From NCBI RefSeq assembly GCF_009914755.1, contig NC_060929.1: a stretch of DNA of 64,000 bases; one strand, given 5' to 3'. A program made the position numbers and the translations under genes. The DNA comes from the human T2T-CHM13v2.0 reference genome, Homo sapiens. The notes under the pieces were generated by a model. It had not been told where the DNA came from and did no database searches. It saw only the letters and a list, made by a program, of their open reading frames with translations. Shown piece by piece: positions 1 through 14,984 of this stretch (positions are counted from its first letter, which is position 1; each line of letters begins with the position of its first letter).

Positions 1-20
1 CATTTTATAAAGAAGTAGAG

Positions 21-368
21 TGTATTAGTCTGTTCTCACACTGCTAATAAAGACATACCCACTACTGGGTAATTTATGAAGGAAAGAGGTTTAATTGACT
101 CACAGTTTTACCTGGCTGGGCAGGCCTCACAATCATGGCTCAAGGTGAATGAGGAGCAAAGACACGTCTTACATGGCGGCAGGCAAGAGAGCTTGTACAG
201 GGGAACTTCCATTTATAAAACCGTCAGCTCTCATGAGACTTATTCACTACCATGAGAACAGTATGTGGGGAGACCACCCCCTGATTAAATTATCTCTACC
301 TGGCCCCACCCTTGACACATGGGGATTATTACAACTCAAGGTGAGATTTGGGTGGAGACATAGCCAAA
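21..368 (-). mobile_element. THE1D-like MaLR solo LTR
   Basis: TGTATTAGTCTGTTCTCACACTGCTAATAAAGACATACCC ... GAGGAGCAAAGACACGTCTTACATGGCGGCAGGCAAGAGAG ... GTGAGATTTGGGTGGAGACATAGCCAAA matches the reverse complement of the THE1 LTR. Confidence 0.9.
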
Positions 369-378
369 TTGGGTTAAG

Positions 379-380
<2 letters not shown>

Positions 381-412
<32 letters not shown>
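381..412. repeat. (AC)16 microsatellite
   Basis: Perfect AC run seen directly. Confidence 0.98.
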
Positions 413-417
<5 letters not shown>

Positions 418-2344
418 TATGTGTGTACATATACATTATGCATATAGTAACCTCATTAATATTAACTATTCTCTATTAGAACACTTGTAATTTATTAAGT
501 TCATATCAAACAAAATGGAATAATGGTAACTACTATCAATGAGAAAGTGTCACGGAGAAAGTTCCAGAGTCCATATTTTATACACAATCCATCTGATTGT
601 AGAAGACATTGTGGAAGAGTCCAGGGCACTTCATGTCATGGATGAGGATGGAGAAGAGCAGGAGGAGCTAAGCTGGCTGCAAGTTTTGAATGTGGCAGAG
701 AGGAGAAATGGGAGACACAGGTGGGAGGGAGTGAAGGAGTTTACCACTCTACAGGTGAAGAATTCGGGGGTGAGAGGAGAGTTCAGAGCTCAAGAGAAAG
801 GTTGTTTTAAAAGTAAACCTACGATTGTTCCAAAGCTGTGGAATAAGATGGGTGAGAAGTACAGAGAAGAGGGGTGGACAGCATCCACATCACAGGAGAA
901 GTTCCAGCTATGTGTAGTGACTGTGATGTCAAAGATGAGAGAATTTAAAAATGATAAGAATAATGAAAGATGTCAAGAAGTCCTAGGTCTGAGGAGAGGG
1001 TGCTCAGGTTTGGCTTAAATTCAAGTTGTTATAATAGAGTGGACATCTATCCAGTCAAGATGAGGATTTCGTCATGCATTACTTTTATATTTATTAAAAA
1101 TGAGCCCTCACTTAGAGATCGCATTAAATTATATAGCAAAGGATGTTCTTGATTTTCTTTCACAGGGAGCTAGATGATTCACTGAAGAAATACACTGCGC
1201 GCACTCAGCTTTTATGATTATGCTCTAAAATGTTTAATTGCAGAAGCCTTTCAAGTATTTTTTCCCTAAGCTACTTTAAAAAAAATCTTTTCATTTTGCG
1301 TTTCAGAGTTGAAACATGCATTTTTGCAGATGAATGATTAACAGGACCTATTTTATCCTGAACATTTTGAGTCTAGGCCTTTTGCACGCACAAGCTACAT
1401 GGAAACAGCATTCTCTGTCCCTTATTCAGCCTAATTCAGCCCTTCCAGAGTCCCCCAAACACCACCATGTTGCTTTATAGGAGGAAACACAGTGACAGAT
1501 CCGCTAATGAGGATTAAAGATGCCAGTGATCCTTCATGGTGAGAAATTTCTTAGAGATAGGAAAAACCCTAGGAAGCAGCAGATGATTTTCAAAATGTCA
1601 AAAACAGAATTTATGATACAAAAGAAATCAATAAATGCTGACATATAACCATGTCGGATAAGCCAGAAAAAGAGCAGTGTGGCCCAAGAGTTGAGCAGAA
1701 GAGGCAGTCACATGGAGGGTTATGAGGGGCTGAGCCAAAGAACCCACTGGAGCTAGAACAGCCCTTTGAGGTAGAAGATGCTGCTGTCTCCACGTTACAG
1801 GTGAGAAAACCAAGTCATAGGAAGTTAGCGCAGGCAGGGAACGGAGCTGCAGAAATTGAACGTGGTTTTGTACCTTTGGAGGATGGGAGCTCAGCCAGAG
1901 GCTACAGTCAGGGTGTAGAGGGCAGGACGGTTTTGGAGATACGTTCTTAGGAAGAAAGGAATTTTGAATGCCTGAAAAAAAAATCAAGTGACTGAGGGAC
2001 ACAAACTTCTTGACTTCTGGGGATTTCCAAGGTTTGGAGTTGAGGCGTCCAGCAATGTCTGGTCAACTGTCCACTGAGAGTAGTTTGGCAAGACTGATAC
2101 ATGGGAGACGGAATGGAATTGCAGCAGCAGCCATTGTCACAACCTACTTCCTGATGGCTGAAATCCCTAAACTGGGGTATAACAAGTATCAATTAATGCC
2201 TTCGAGTGAAGATGCTTCGCTGAGTGATACTGCATGTCATATTGATGAAATTTAATTATTTTTAGTGTTTTTTTTTTAAATAATCAGTCAATATAAAAGT
2301 TAATGGACATGTACACACATTTTCTTGACTTGATGACTAGGATG

Positions 2345-2478
2345 ATAGCGTGCTGGTAAACCACCTGACAGAGGAAAAAAAATAAAGAAAAAAAGCCCTG
2401 ATTTATAGTGGTTGCTGTTTTCCAAGGCATAACTATGCCCCCATGGTTCATTTCAAGCTGCCACTGGCTCCCAAAATG
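2345..2478. mobile_element. MER63-like hAT-Blackjack fragment
   Basis: GTGCTGGTAAA ... AAAAAGCCCTGATTTATAG ... CCATGGTTCATTTCAAGCTGCCA resembles the MER63 consensus. Confidence 0.65.
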
Positions 2479-2500
2479 CTTATATAACCACCATGATATT

Positions 2501-2899
2501 TGTGATGGTTAGTTTTATGTATTAACTTGGCTAACCATAGTACCTCATAATTCAATTAAACACACGTCTAGGTGTTGCTCTGAAGGAATTTTGTAGATAT
2601 GGTGGCACATCTCTAATCAATTGACTTCAAAGAGGTGGTTCTTGAAATTCTGGGTGGGCCTCACCCCATCAGCTGGAAGGCCTTAAGAGCAAAATTGGAG
2701 GCTTCCCAGAGCAGAAGACATTCTGCCTCAGGTCTGCAGCCTCAGCTCCTGCCTCAGTGTGTCCGGTCCACCAGCCCGCCCTCGTCATGTTAGACTTGGC
2801 AACCGCCACAATTACATAAGTGAATCCCTTAAACTCTCTCTGTTTTTCTGGTATAGGTCCTATTGATTCTATTTCTGTGATAGGACCCTGACTGATACA
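2501..2899 (+). mobile_element. MLT2D-like ERVL solo LTR, inserted in an old L1M
   Basis: Starts TGTGATGGTTAGTTTTATGTATTAACTTGGCTA, contains CTAGGTGTTGCTCTGAAGG, ends GACCCTGACTGATACA (TG...CA termini). Confidence 0.85.
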
Positions 2900-4220
2900 C
2901 CATTATCACACTTAACAAAACTAACCATGTCTGCTTGCTGTGACACAATCCAGTCTATACTCTGATTGCCCCAGTTGTCTCAAAAACGTCTGTTGTTTGC
3001 ATTTGGTTTGATGTAGTCAAAATCCCCATTAGGGACATTAATTGCATTTGCATGTTGTGCCTCCTGTGTGTCTTCTCATCCAGACTAGTCTCTCCTCTTT
3101 TGTTCCTATCCAACTTGAATCCTCTAAATTGCTCATCTTACAAGCTCTGTCTTGGGCTGTGCAATGCCTCACATTCTAGATTTGTCCATTTGCTATCTCC
3201 TTGGGCTTTTAGCTTGTGTCTGGGTCTTTGTACTGAATATGTTCTGTAAACTGAGCGGTACCTCTAATGGCTTCATTAGATTTGGTTTAACTTTTAATTT
3301 TTGGAGGCGAGGACAAAAATGCTACCCTGGTGGTGTGTGTTCCCCTGGTTGTGATCAGGAGAGATAGCGTGTCTTTCTGTCCCAGTCTTCCTGGGACTGA
3401 GATAGATCAGTGGACTCAGAGGGTGACAAACTGATGCCTCCACTGCTCTTTCTCTCACTGCCCTTTCATTTCTTGGTTTCATCTCTCACTCACCCTGGTT
3501 TGGACTCATTATTTCATTTGTTTCTCTACTTTTCTTGAAATTATCCTGTAAGGAACTTTCACTTATGAGTAGGGCTAATTAGTTTATCTGAAATGAAACT
3601 TGAATAGGAAAATAGGAATAAATTGTTAACTTTCTCAACAACTGCTAATTTTCAGAGTAAGGAATCTGTGCCCTATTACTCGGTGATTAATTTTTCTGGG
3701 GGGAGTTGCTTTCTTTTTGGAGGGCATCACATAAACTCTTGGATTGATACTCCTGAATATTATCCTAAATGTTCTTATGTATTTGATGTGTTTCTATCAG
3801 TTACAGCCATTATTTTTGATGCTCAAATTATCCCTTCTTTGGCTAGTCAGAGCCCCATGACGTTCACTTCTGCATCCTTGGACACAGCCTGTTAGTCTTT
3901 CTTAGCTTTTGGATTTCTGCACAACAAAATACCCCTGACACACCCTCCATCTTTCCTTTTCCACAGCAGGGATGGGAATGGTGTTTAAGGAGGGCTCATT
4001 GCTCCATGTCATTGTTTTCATGTATTTTTAGGAGACAGAACTAGAAACGAAGTGTTTTTGAAGAGAAAGAGACCATGAGTTTATGCTAACATTTCTTATT
4101 TAAATTTAAAATTATGAGATCGGAACTTCAGTTTTATGCCTGAATATACTCTTACATTTAAAATCTACGTACTCAACACCTTTAAATAATTATTTATTCT
4201 TGTTTTATTGTGGAATACAA

Positions 4221-4651
<431 letters not shown>

Positions 4652-4721
4652 TCACGAAATACATAGGGTCGGAATATTGTGTTTTAACATCCCTTGGAAT
4701 ATTTTCTTGCTGTTTTTGTGA

Positions 4722-5276
<555 letters not shown>

Positions 5277-7321
5277 TTAGTTACTCCTTTTTTTTCCTCC
5301 TAAAGGATATTCTATAGCTAACACTCTGTATCAATATACAGAGCTCATTTTTTGGCTGCATGTTTCATTTCACTGTTTATCTTAATTCATTAATCATTCC
5401 AATATTGATTGACATTGGAGTTATTTTCAATCTTTTACTCTTAGCAATGCTACAATGAATAATTTTTTCCATTTTTGCCGGTGTATCTTTGGGATAGTCT
5501 CTAAGGAACAGGATTTTTAGGGCAAAGGATGAGCATGATATTGCTGGCTATTGTTCATTTTACTCCCCCGGGCTTGGACTGCTTTGCTTCCCCAGTAGTG
5601 CCTAACAGTGCCTGGGTTGCAGCTTGCCAATCAGGTGAGTGCATTATCACACAGTTAGAGAAACGACATCCCAAGGCAGATTTGATTTGCATTTTGTTTG
5701 TTATAAGTGAGCTTGAGCAGCTTTTCATGTGTCCAAAGGACATTTGAATTTTTTCTCCTCTCCACTGTTTGTTTGTGGTCTTGCCCGTTATTGGATTAGG
5801 TTGTTCTCCAGTTTTAAGAGTTCTTTATTCATAGGGATATTTGTCATTTACCTTTGATTTAAGTTGCAAAGATTTTCCCCAGTTTTTACCTTGTCTTTTG
5901 CATTTTGGTGTGATGTTTTGCATACAGAAGTTCTATTTTAAGTTTTTATGTAGTTAAGTAGATCAATCTTATAGTGTGTTTGGAGACATATTTAGGAAGT
6001 CTGTTTCCCCTCACTCCCACTGCTGGGTTATAAAGCAGTGCACTTTCATGAGCTCAGTTTTACACTTAGATTACTGATTCATGGGGCATTTGTCCCCGTG
6101 GAAAGTGTGACATGCATATCCAGTGTCATCTTTATCTATGTGGCTACCCAGCTGGCCCAGTGCAGTTTACTGGAAGGTCACCCTGCTTTCCTGTGCTTCA
6201 TCTCCACTTGCACTCAGGTCATTTCATCGATTTCATTTTCTTCTGTTAGCCTCTGTGGGTGCCAGGACCACCCTGTTTTATTTTTGGAAATTATATGTTT
6301 AATATCTGCTAGATCTTTTATAATATTACACATTTTATAATGGACTTCCTACCCTCAGAAAAAAATTAAAACATGTAGATGTTTTTATGGGGATTGCATT
6401 AAAATTATAACTAAACCTAAAGAGAAGTGGTGACTTTGTGATCTCATCCAAAAACATTACATTTTCCATTTATGCATGTCTACATGAATCATTCTTTCAG
6501 GAGTGTTCTAAGTTCCTCATACAGGTTTAACACGTATCTCATTTATGTGCCTAAGCATTGCATTTTTTATCATTCATTCATTCAATTATTTTATTATGTA
6601 AAAGATATTTTCTAGCACTGTGTCTTCTTTTTTTCATATTTTTGTTTTAAATTGGGTTTATTGATTTTTCTCTCTTAAATTCATGTTCTGCTATTTGAAA
6701 GAATCCTCATATTGTTTTCAACAGTCTTTTAATGCACTTTTGAATCTTCACACAGTTTTATCTGCATATAAAGATTGTTTTATGTCTTTTCTCCTTCAAT
6801 TCTGGTGCTTCTAATTGCTTTCTCTTGTCTCATTGCATCGTCTAATACATCCATTACCATGTTTAATAATAGTGGCGACAGTTGGCATCTGTGCAGTTTT
6901 TCTCACTCTAGTAGGAATCTCTCCAGTGTTTCCATATTAAGTAAGAGCTGGCATTTGGACTAAAATTTTTATATTTACATAATTACATTCAATGTTAAGT
7001 AAGCATCCATCAACTCCTCTTTTACTGGATGTTTTTATAAAGAATTGTTGTTGTATTTTGTTAAATGCCTTTTGATGTTTTTGGAAATGAATTTCATAGA
7101 TCATTTAATATCTTCAACTATATTTAAGAAACTTGATTGTTCGTTGTAGTCTCTGGCATTATAAAGCACCTGTATTTGTTTTATTTTAAATAATTTTTAT
7201 TCTAAATTTCATGATGTGTGATATCAAATTCTAACTTCAGATTATATTTTATTGCTTTTGCCTGGTAATTTCTTTTACATTTCTTTGTTTTTAAGCTTTC
7301 TGGGATATTTCAATTGTCTTT

Positions 7322-7432
7322 GTTGCTTGAGGCCAAGAATTCAAGACCAGCCTGGGCCACAGAGCAAGACCTTGTCTCTGAAATAAATACATACATACAT
7401 ACATACATACATACATACATACATACATACAT
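7322..7432 (+). mobile_element. FLAM/AluJ-type fragment with (ATAC)n tail
   Basis: TTGCTTGAGGCCAAGAATTCAAGACCAGCCTGGG...GCAAGACCTTGTCTC followed by about 11 ATAC units (7387-7432). Confidence 0.85.
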
Positions 7433-8185
7433 AAATGTGAGTCTTTGGTATACAGAATAGAGTTATTGTTTTGTAACCCGAAAGTCTTGTTTTTATAGGT
7501 GAGAGAGGGCCATTTGCATTTATCGATGCAGTCAGCATTCTTGGTCTCAGTTCTGCTGTGAGTGAACACACAGTTGGATCCATACCCACGTGTGTGCACA
7601 GTATAGATACATAGTCTTGCCATGTGGTCTATTTGTTTTATTTGCTTATTTTAAAAGGGGAGATGGTTTCTTTTGGCACTTAGAAAGAACTATATTTTTC
7701 TTTTGCATTTGCCTTCTGTGAATACTCTTCTACAATGTTCTTCTACAATACCTCTTTGATAGGACTATTGGCTTCCTGCTCTTATAAGCACTACCAAAAT
7801 TAATGAGTATCCACAGACCCTGCCCTCTCATGTTAAGTTCATCCTTGAATTCTGAAGGATGCTGCTTGTTTTGTTAGCTGCAGGTGACGCATGTGTTTCT
7901 TCACTTTCGGAGTGCGTCACAGTTACGCTGTCTGTCATCACTCTTTCCCTTAGTCGGTCATCTGGTACAAGGGCTGAAGTTAAATAGGCTCAGTGCCCAC
8001 CACCCGACCTTACTCAGAACAAAATCCCCCAAGCTCTTCTGCAACTCTCGGGTCTCTCCTGTGGTCTCACCTCTAATTTAGGTTCTTGATGTCTCTGGCC
8101 TGGACGGCCCTGCACACTGAGGTCTAACTGCCTGTGACCCTGCCTGGCCACGGCTATTCCTGCCCCTCAGAGGAAAGGGCTTGCA

Positions 8186-8222
8186 GCATCATCCTGGCAG
8201 TGGGCATCATCCTGGCAGTGGG
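8186..8222. repeat. 18-bp perfect tandem duplication GCATCATCCTGGCAGTGG x2
   Basis: Seen directly. Confidence 0.95.
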
Positions 8223-8503
8223 AAAGCAAGTCTCTCATAGGGATCCCTTCACTTCAGAATCTGGTTCAGGGAATTGAGATCCTGGACCTCAGGGCCTGTC
8301 CAGCTCTGTGCTGGTACAGGGTGGCTTCCAGGTCTGGTCAGGTAATCTCCACACCTCCCCCTACCTCATGTGATTTCTGTTTTTCAGCTTTGTTTGTCTG
8401 CCTTTCTTCTAGCAGAAATGTTCACTCCCACAGCCTGCAGCTGGGCAGTGAGTGGGAAGCCAGGGGGTCCTGCACAGTGAAGAGGTCGAGAGGCAGGAGG
8501 AGG

Positions 8504-8644
8504 CTATTCTGAGAGCAGGAAGAGATCAGCACAGTGGGGAGCTGGATCTTGCAGATGAGGGGCTTCCAGGGCCAAAGGTGGAAGATGCTGTTGTACCAGA
8601 TCTCAGCAGAATTTCTTGCACTCACAGTTGGTTTAACGGGGAGG
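8504..8644 (-). pseudogene. Candidate decayed terminal exon encoding a SOCS-box-like peptide (speculative)
   Basis: Minus-strand polypyrimidine tract plus CAG acceptor, then a GC3-rich frame EIWYNSIFHLWPWKPLICKIQLPTVLIS. A shifted frame gives upstream KKFC and downstream FLLSE-stop. Requires frameshifts. Confidence 0.35.
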
Positions 8645-9295
8645 CTGGAGGGAAAATCCAGAAGAAAAGTGTCCAAAAGGCCGGAGCAGAGCCTGGGGAG
8701 GGGCTTACAAGGAGCAGGACCTAATGGGGCTGCAGAAGCTTTTCCTGAGGACCTGGGGCTTCCTACCGAAGGGAGGGGGCAGCTGCAGAGCTTGGCCAAG
8801 ACTTCCACAGACACGGTGACCAGAGGGTGTCCCTTGAAGAGGCCTCCCAAATATCTTGGCACAAGCACCCCTCTGAAGTTGCTCTGCTTACAACAGGCCC
8901 TCTTGTGTGCAAACCCTGTGTGCTGTCTGGGGACACCTGGAACTCTGGCTTCTTCTAATCCCACAAGACCCTGAGGTAGGGATGGGGTCTTTCTGGTTAT
9001 TGCTTCCCTCAGCTGCAGCTCTGGAGCTCCTTCAATATGAAGAGCTAAGTACCCTGTCCTACTTGTCTCAAAGGAGTTATCAGGAGAATACATTAAAGAT
9101 GCAGAAGGGTCTCTGAAGAATGTCGTGTGCCAGACCCAGGTCAGGTGCTGTCTGTCCTTTTCCCTCGTGCTCAGAGTTTCTGGTGCAAAAAGATTCTCCC
9201 CTGAGTCTCTCTCTGTGTAGCAGATGGCTCTGACTTATTTTATGTAAGGCCTGTAACAGCTGTAGGTGTGTTGGTGTTGATCAGATTCATTCATT

Positions 9296-10048
9296 ATTTT
9301 TTTTTTTCATCAACTTTTAAGTTCTGGGGTACATGTGCAGGATGTGCAGGTTTGTTACACAGGTGAGCGTGTGCCATGGCAGTTTGCTGCACAGATCTTC
9401 CCATCACCTAGGTTTTAAGCCCAGCATCCATTAGCTGTTCTTCCTGTTGCTCTCCCTCCCCTACCCTCCAACAGGTCCTCGTGTGTGTTGTTCCCCCACA
9501 TGTGTCCATGTGTTCTCATCATTCAGCTCCCACTTATAAGTGAGAACATGTGGTATTTGGTTTTCTGTTCCCGAGTTTGCTGAGAATAAAGGCTTCTAGC
9601 TCCGTCTATGTCCCTGCAAAAGACATGATCTTGTTCCTTTCTGTGGCTGCATAGTATTCCATGGTGTATATGTACCACATTTTCTTTATCCAGTCTATCA
9701 TTGATGGGCATTTTGATTGATTTCATGTCTTTGTTATTGTGAATACTGCTGTAATGGACATATGTGTGTATGTATCTTTATAATAGAATGATTTATATTC
9801 CTTTGGGGTATATACCCAGCAATGGAATTACTGGGTCAAATGGTATTTCTGCTTCTAGACCTCTGAGGAATCACCACACTGTCTTCCACAATGGTTGAAC
9901 TAATTGACATTTCCACAACAGTGTAAAAGCGTTTTTTTCCCTCTGCAACCTTGCCAGCATCTGTTGTTTTTTGACTTTCTGATAATCGCCATTCTGACTG
10001 GTGTGAGATGGTATCTCACTGTGGTTTTGATTTGCATTTCTCTAATGA
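9296..10048 (-). mobile_element. 5'-truncated L1PA (L1PA8A/L1PA10-like) 3' end
   Basis: Poly(T), then GGGGTACATGTGCAGGATGTGCAGGTTTGTTAC...CACAGATCTTCCCATCACCTAGG. ORF2 C-terminal remnant KTKYHMFSLISGS. Confidence 0.93.
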
Positions 10049-10980
10049 CTGCTATCTTCTCAAGTTCAGAATCTCATGAAGCAAATCCATCAATTCATTC
10101 AATCCAGAAAAACCAATTTTTCTTTTAAGAAATGTTGTCCCCCAAAATAGACTGAGAAACAAAAACATGATTCTTCTTAAAATGAGTACTTCAAATGTGT
10201 TTTCAGTGTATTCTGTACTATTTTTGATACTGGGGTGAACAAAAGAGCACCTCTGCCTTACCTTTTCCTATGCAGAACTCTATCAGCCTGGTACTTTTTA
10301 GTTTAAAACAGAACAAGAACAACCAAGAGGTGCCAGCTTCACTTTCAGGCTGTGCTACTAAATATGAATAGCCAAAAAATACATAAAAATAAAATGGAAT
10401 ATCTGTATTCCCCTATTGTAATACATAATGACTCACTATAGGAGCTGGAAAGAAAAGGAGTTGATTTTCCACACTGGCAACAACCAACTCCATATACAGT
10501 ATAGGCACACCTCATGTGATTGTGCTTTGTTCTATTGCACTTCTCAGATACTGAATTTTTTACAAATTGAATGTTTTTGGCAACCCTGTGTCAACAAAGT
10601 CTGTTGGTGCCATTTTTCCAACAACCTGTGCTCACTTATGTCACTGTGTCCCATTTTAGTCATTGTCACAGTATTTGAAAAGTTTCATTATTATGGTATC
10701 TGCTATAGTGACCTGTGACCCATGATCTTTGATATTATTTTAAGTGTTTTGGGGCACCACGAACCGCAGCCACATTTGACGGTGAACTTAATACATGCTG
10801 TGTGTCTTTTGACTGCTCCACTGACCAGCTGTTCTCCATCTCCCTCCCTCTTCTCAGGCCTCCTTATTCCCAGAGACATGACAATATTTAAATTAGGCCA
10901 ATTAATAACCCTACAGTAGCCTCTAAGTGTTCAATGCAAGGAAGAGTTGCATGTCTCTCACTTTAAATCAAAAGCTAGAA

Positions 10981-12400
10981 ATGATTAAGCTTAGTGAGGA
11001 AGGTATGTCTTAAGTCATGATAGGCCAAAAGCTAGACCTCCTGCAGTAAACAGTTAGCCCAGTTGTGAATCCAAAGGAAACGTTCTTGAAGGTAATTAAA
11101 AATGCTACTCTAGTGAACACGCAAATGGCAAGAAAGCAAGTCTTATTGCTGATATAGAGAAAGTTTGAGTGGTCTGGCTGGAAGATCAAATCAGTCACAA
11201 CATTCCCTTAAGCCAAAGCCTAATCCAGAGAAAGGCCCTAACTCTCTTCAATTCTATGAAGGCTGAGAAAGGTGAGGAAGCTACCAAAGAAAAGTGGGAA
11301 TCTAGCAGAGGTGGCTTCATGAGATTTGAGGAAAGACATCATTTCCTTAACATAAACGTGGAAGGTGAAGCAGCAAATGCTGATGCATGTTATCTGAATG
11401 ATCTAGCTAAGATCATTGATGAAGGTGGCCACACTAAATGACAGATTTTCAAAGTAGACAAAATAACCTTCTGTTATAAGAAGATGTCCTCTAGGACTTT
11501 CATAGCTAGAGAGAAGTCAATGCTTGGCTTCAAAGGTTCAAAGGCTAAATCTCTTATTAGGGACTAATGCAGCTGGTAACTTTAAGTTGAAGCCAATTCT
11601 CATTTACTATTCTGAAAAATCCAAGAGCCCTTAAAAATTGTTAATTTTATTGTGCCTGTACTCTATAAATGGAACAACAAAGCCTAGAGGACAGTGTATC
11701 TGTTTACGGCATGCTATTGGAATATTCATGAGCTGCATGAACTTAAAATATTTCTGAATATTTTAAGCCTACTGTTGAGGCCTACTGCTTAGAAAAATAA
11801 AAAGATGCCTTTCAAAATATTACTTCTCACTGACAATAAGCCTGATCACCCAAGAGCTCTGATGCAGATGTACAAGGAAATTAATACCATTTTCATGCCA
11901 GCAAACACAACATCTGTTCTGCAGCCTATGAATCAAGGTGTAATTTCAACTTTCAAGTCTTATTACTTCAGAAATACATTTTATAAGGCTATAGATGCCA
12001 TAGACAAGGATTCTTCTGTTGGATATGGGCAAAATAAATTGAAAATCTTCTGGAAACAAGTCACCATTCCAGATGCCATTAAGAATATTCATGTTCATGG
12101 GAGGAAGTCAGAATGTCAACATTAACAGGATTTTGGAAGAAGTTGAGTTCAACCCTCATGGGTGACTTCGTCTTTGTTCAATGCATGGAGGAAGTAACTG
12201 TGGATATGGTGACAGCAGCAAGAGAAATGGAATCAGAAGTGGAGCCTGAAGATGTGAACAAATTATTGCAATCTTATGATAAAACTTGAATGGATGAGTT
12301 GTTTCTTATGGATGAGCAAAGTAGTTTCTTAGGATAGACTCCACTCTTGATGAAGATGCCATAAACATTGTTGAAATGACAACAAAGGATTTATAATATT
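10981..12400 (+). pseudogene. Disrupted Tigger1 (pogo/CENP-B family, TIGD1-like) transposase
   Basis: [32 protein letters not shown] (CENP-B HTH-like, 11169-11441) and [14 protein letters not shown]...[25 protein letters not shown] (DDE domain, 11805-12125); multiple stops and frameshifts. Confidence 0.92.
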
Positions 12401-12570
12401 ACAGAAATTTAGTTGATAAGGCAGTGACAGGATTTGAGAGGATTAACTGCAAGTTTGAAGGAAGTTCTAGTGTGGGTAAAATGCTACAAATTAGTATCAT
12501 ATGCTACAAAGAAATGTTTTTTTGAAAGAAAGAGTACATGGATGTGGCAAACTTAATTTTGTTCTTATTT

Positions 12571-14226
<1,656 letters not shown>

Positions 14227-14278
14227 GTTATTGTAAGAAATTGCCACAGCCACCCCCACCTTCAGCAACAACAGTTCT

Positions 14279-14984
14279 TGTTACTGGCGGTGAATCCCTG
14301 TGTGTCTGCAGCAGCCTCAATTCTTGCCTCCTCAGAAGAAAGAATTCGACTTAGGAGGCAGAAGGCAGAAGGAGAGACCAAGGTAAATTTTAGAGCAGGA
14401 GTGAAATTGATTAAAAAGCTTTAGAGTAGGAAGGAAAGACGGGAAGTATACTTGGAAGAGGGCCAAGTGGGCGACTTGAAAGACGAGTGCACGGTTTGAC
14501 TTTTCGACTTGGGGAAGTATACGTTGGCATACTTCCGGGGTCTTGTGTCCCTTCTCCCCTGATTCTTCCCTTGGTGGGCAGTTTGCATGCACAGTGGCCT
14601 GCCAGCTCTTGGGAGGGGAGCATGCAGAGTGTGTTTACCGGAGTTGTACTCATGCTCACTTGGGGCCATCTTCCCTTATCAGCTGAATGTTCCTAGGAGG
14701 TCATATACCAGTTAAACTCCGCCATTTTGCCTCTTAAATGCACCTGTGTGAGCCCACTCACCCGACTCCTGAGATCTTATTAAGAAGATGCTGATCACCA
14801 GTTTCAGGTTTTTTCTATCTACAGGGAGACTGCTTTTCCCTGGTGCTGGCTGCAACCAATTATTATTTTAGCGAGACAGTTAACAACTGCCTGAACATCA
14901 CCTGAGGGTCACCTGACATTTCTAGTTGGGTGGGGGGTGCCCTCTCCTGCCCTGTTCATGTCTGACCAGCTGTCTTCTGTAGCA
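14279..14984 (-). mobile_element. MER50-like ERV1 solo LTR inserted in Tigger1
   Basis: TG...CA termini; CTCCTCAGAAGAAAGAATTCGAC, CATATACCAGTTAAACTCCGCCATTTTGCCTCTT and GCTGATCACCAGTTTCAGG match MER50; Tigger1 sequence resumes on both sides. Confidence 0.85.

Noticed and set aside
539-1018. 159-aa plus-strand ORF
   Set aside because: Purine-rich, probably decayed LINE-like sequence; no recognisable domain or splice context
1640-2140. Possible ancient LTR or L1 5' UTR fragment
   Set aside because: Could not be matched to any consensus with confidence
8422-9093. 223-aa minus-strand ORF as an intact gene
   Set aside because: Its start lies in MIR-like sequence and most of it has no domain similarity. 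Only the ~8460-8640 part shows coding-like bias and is reported separately
11169-12125. TIGD1-like domesticated transposase gene
   Set aside because: Fragmented by stops and frameshifts, altered catalytic motif, embedded in an ordinary Tigger1 copy
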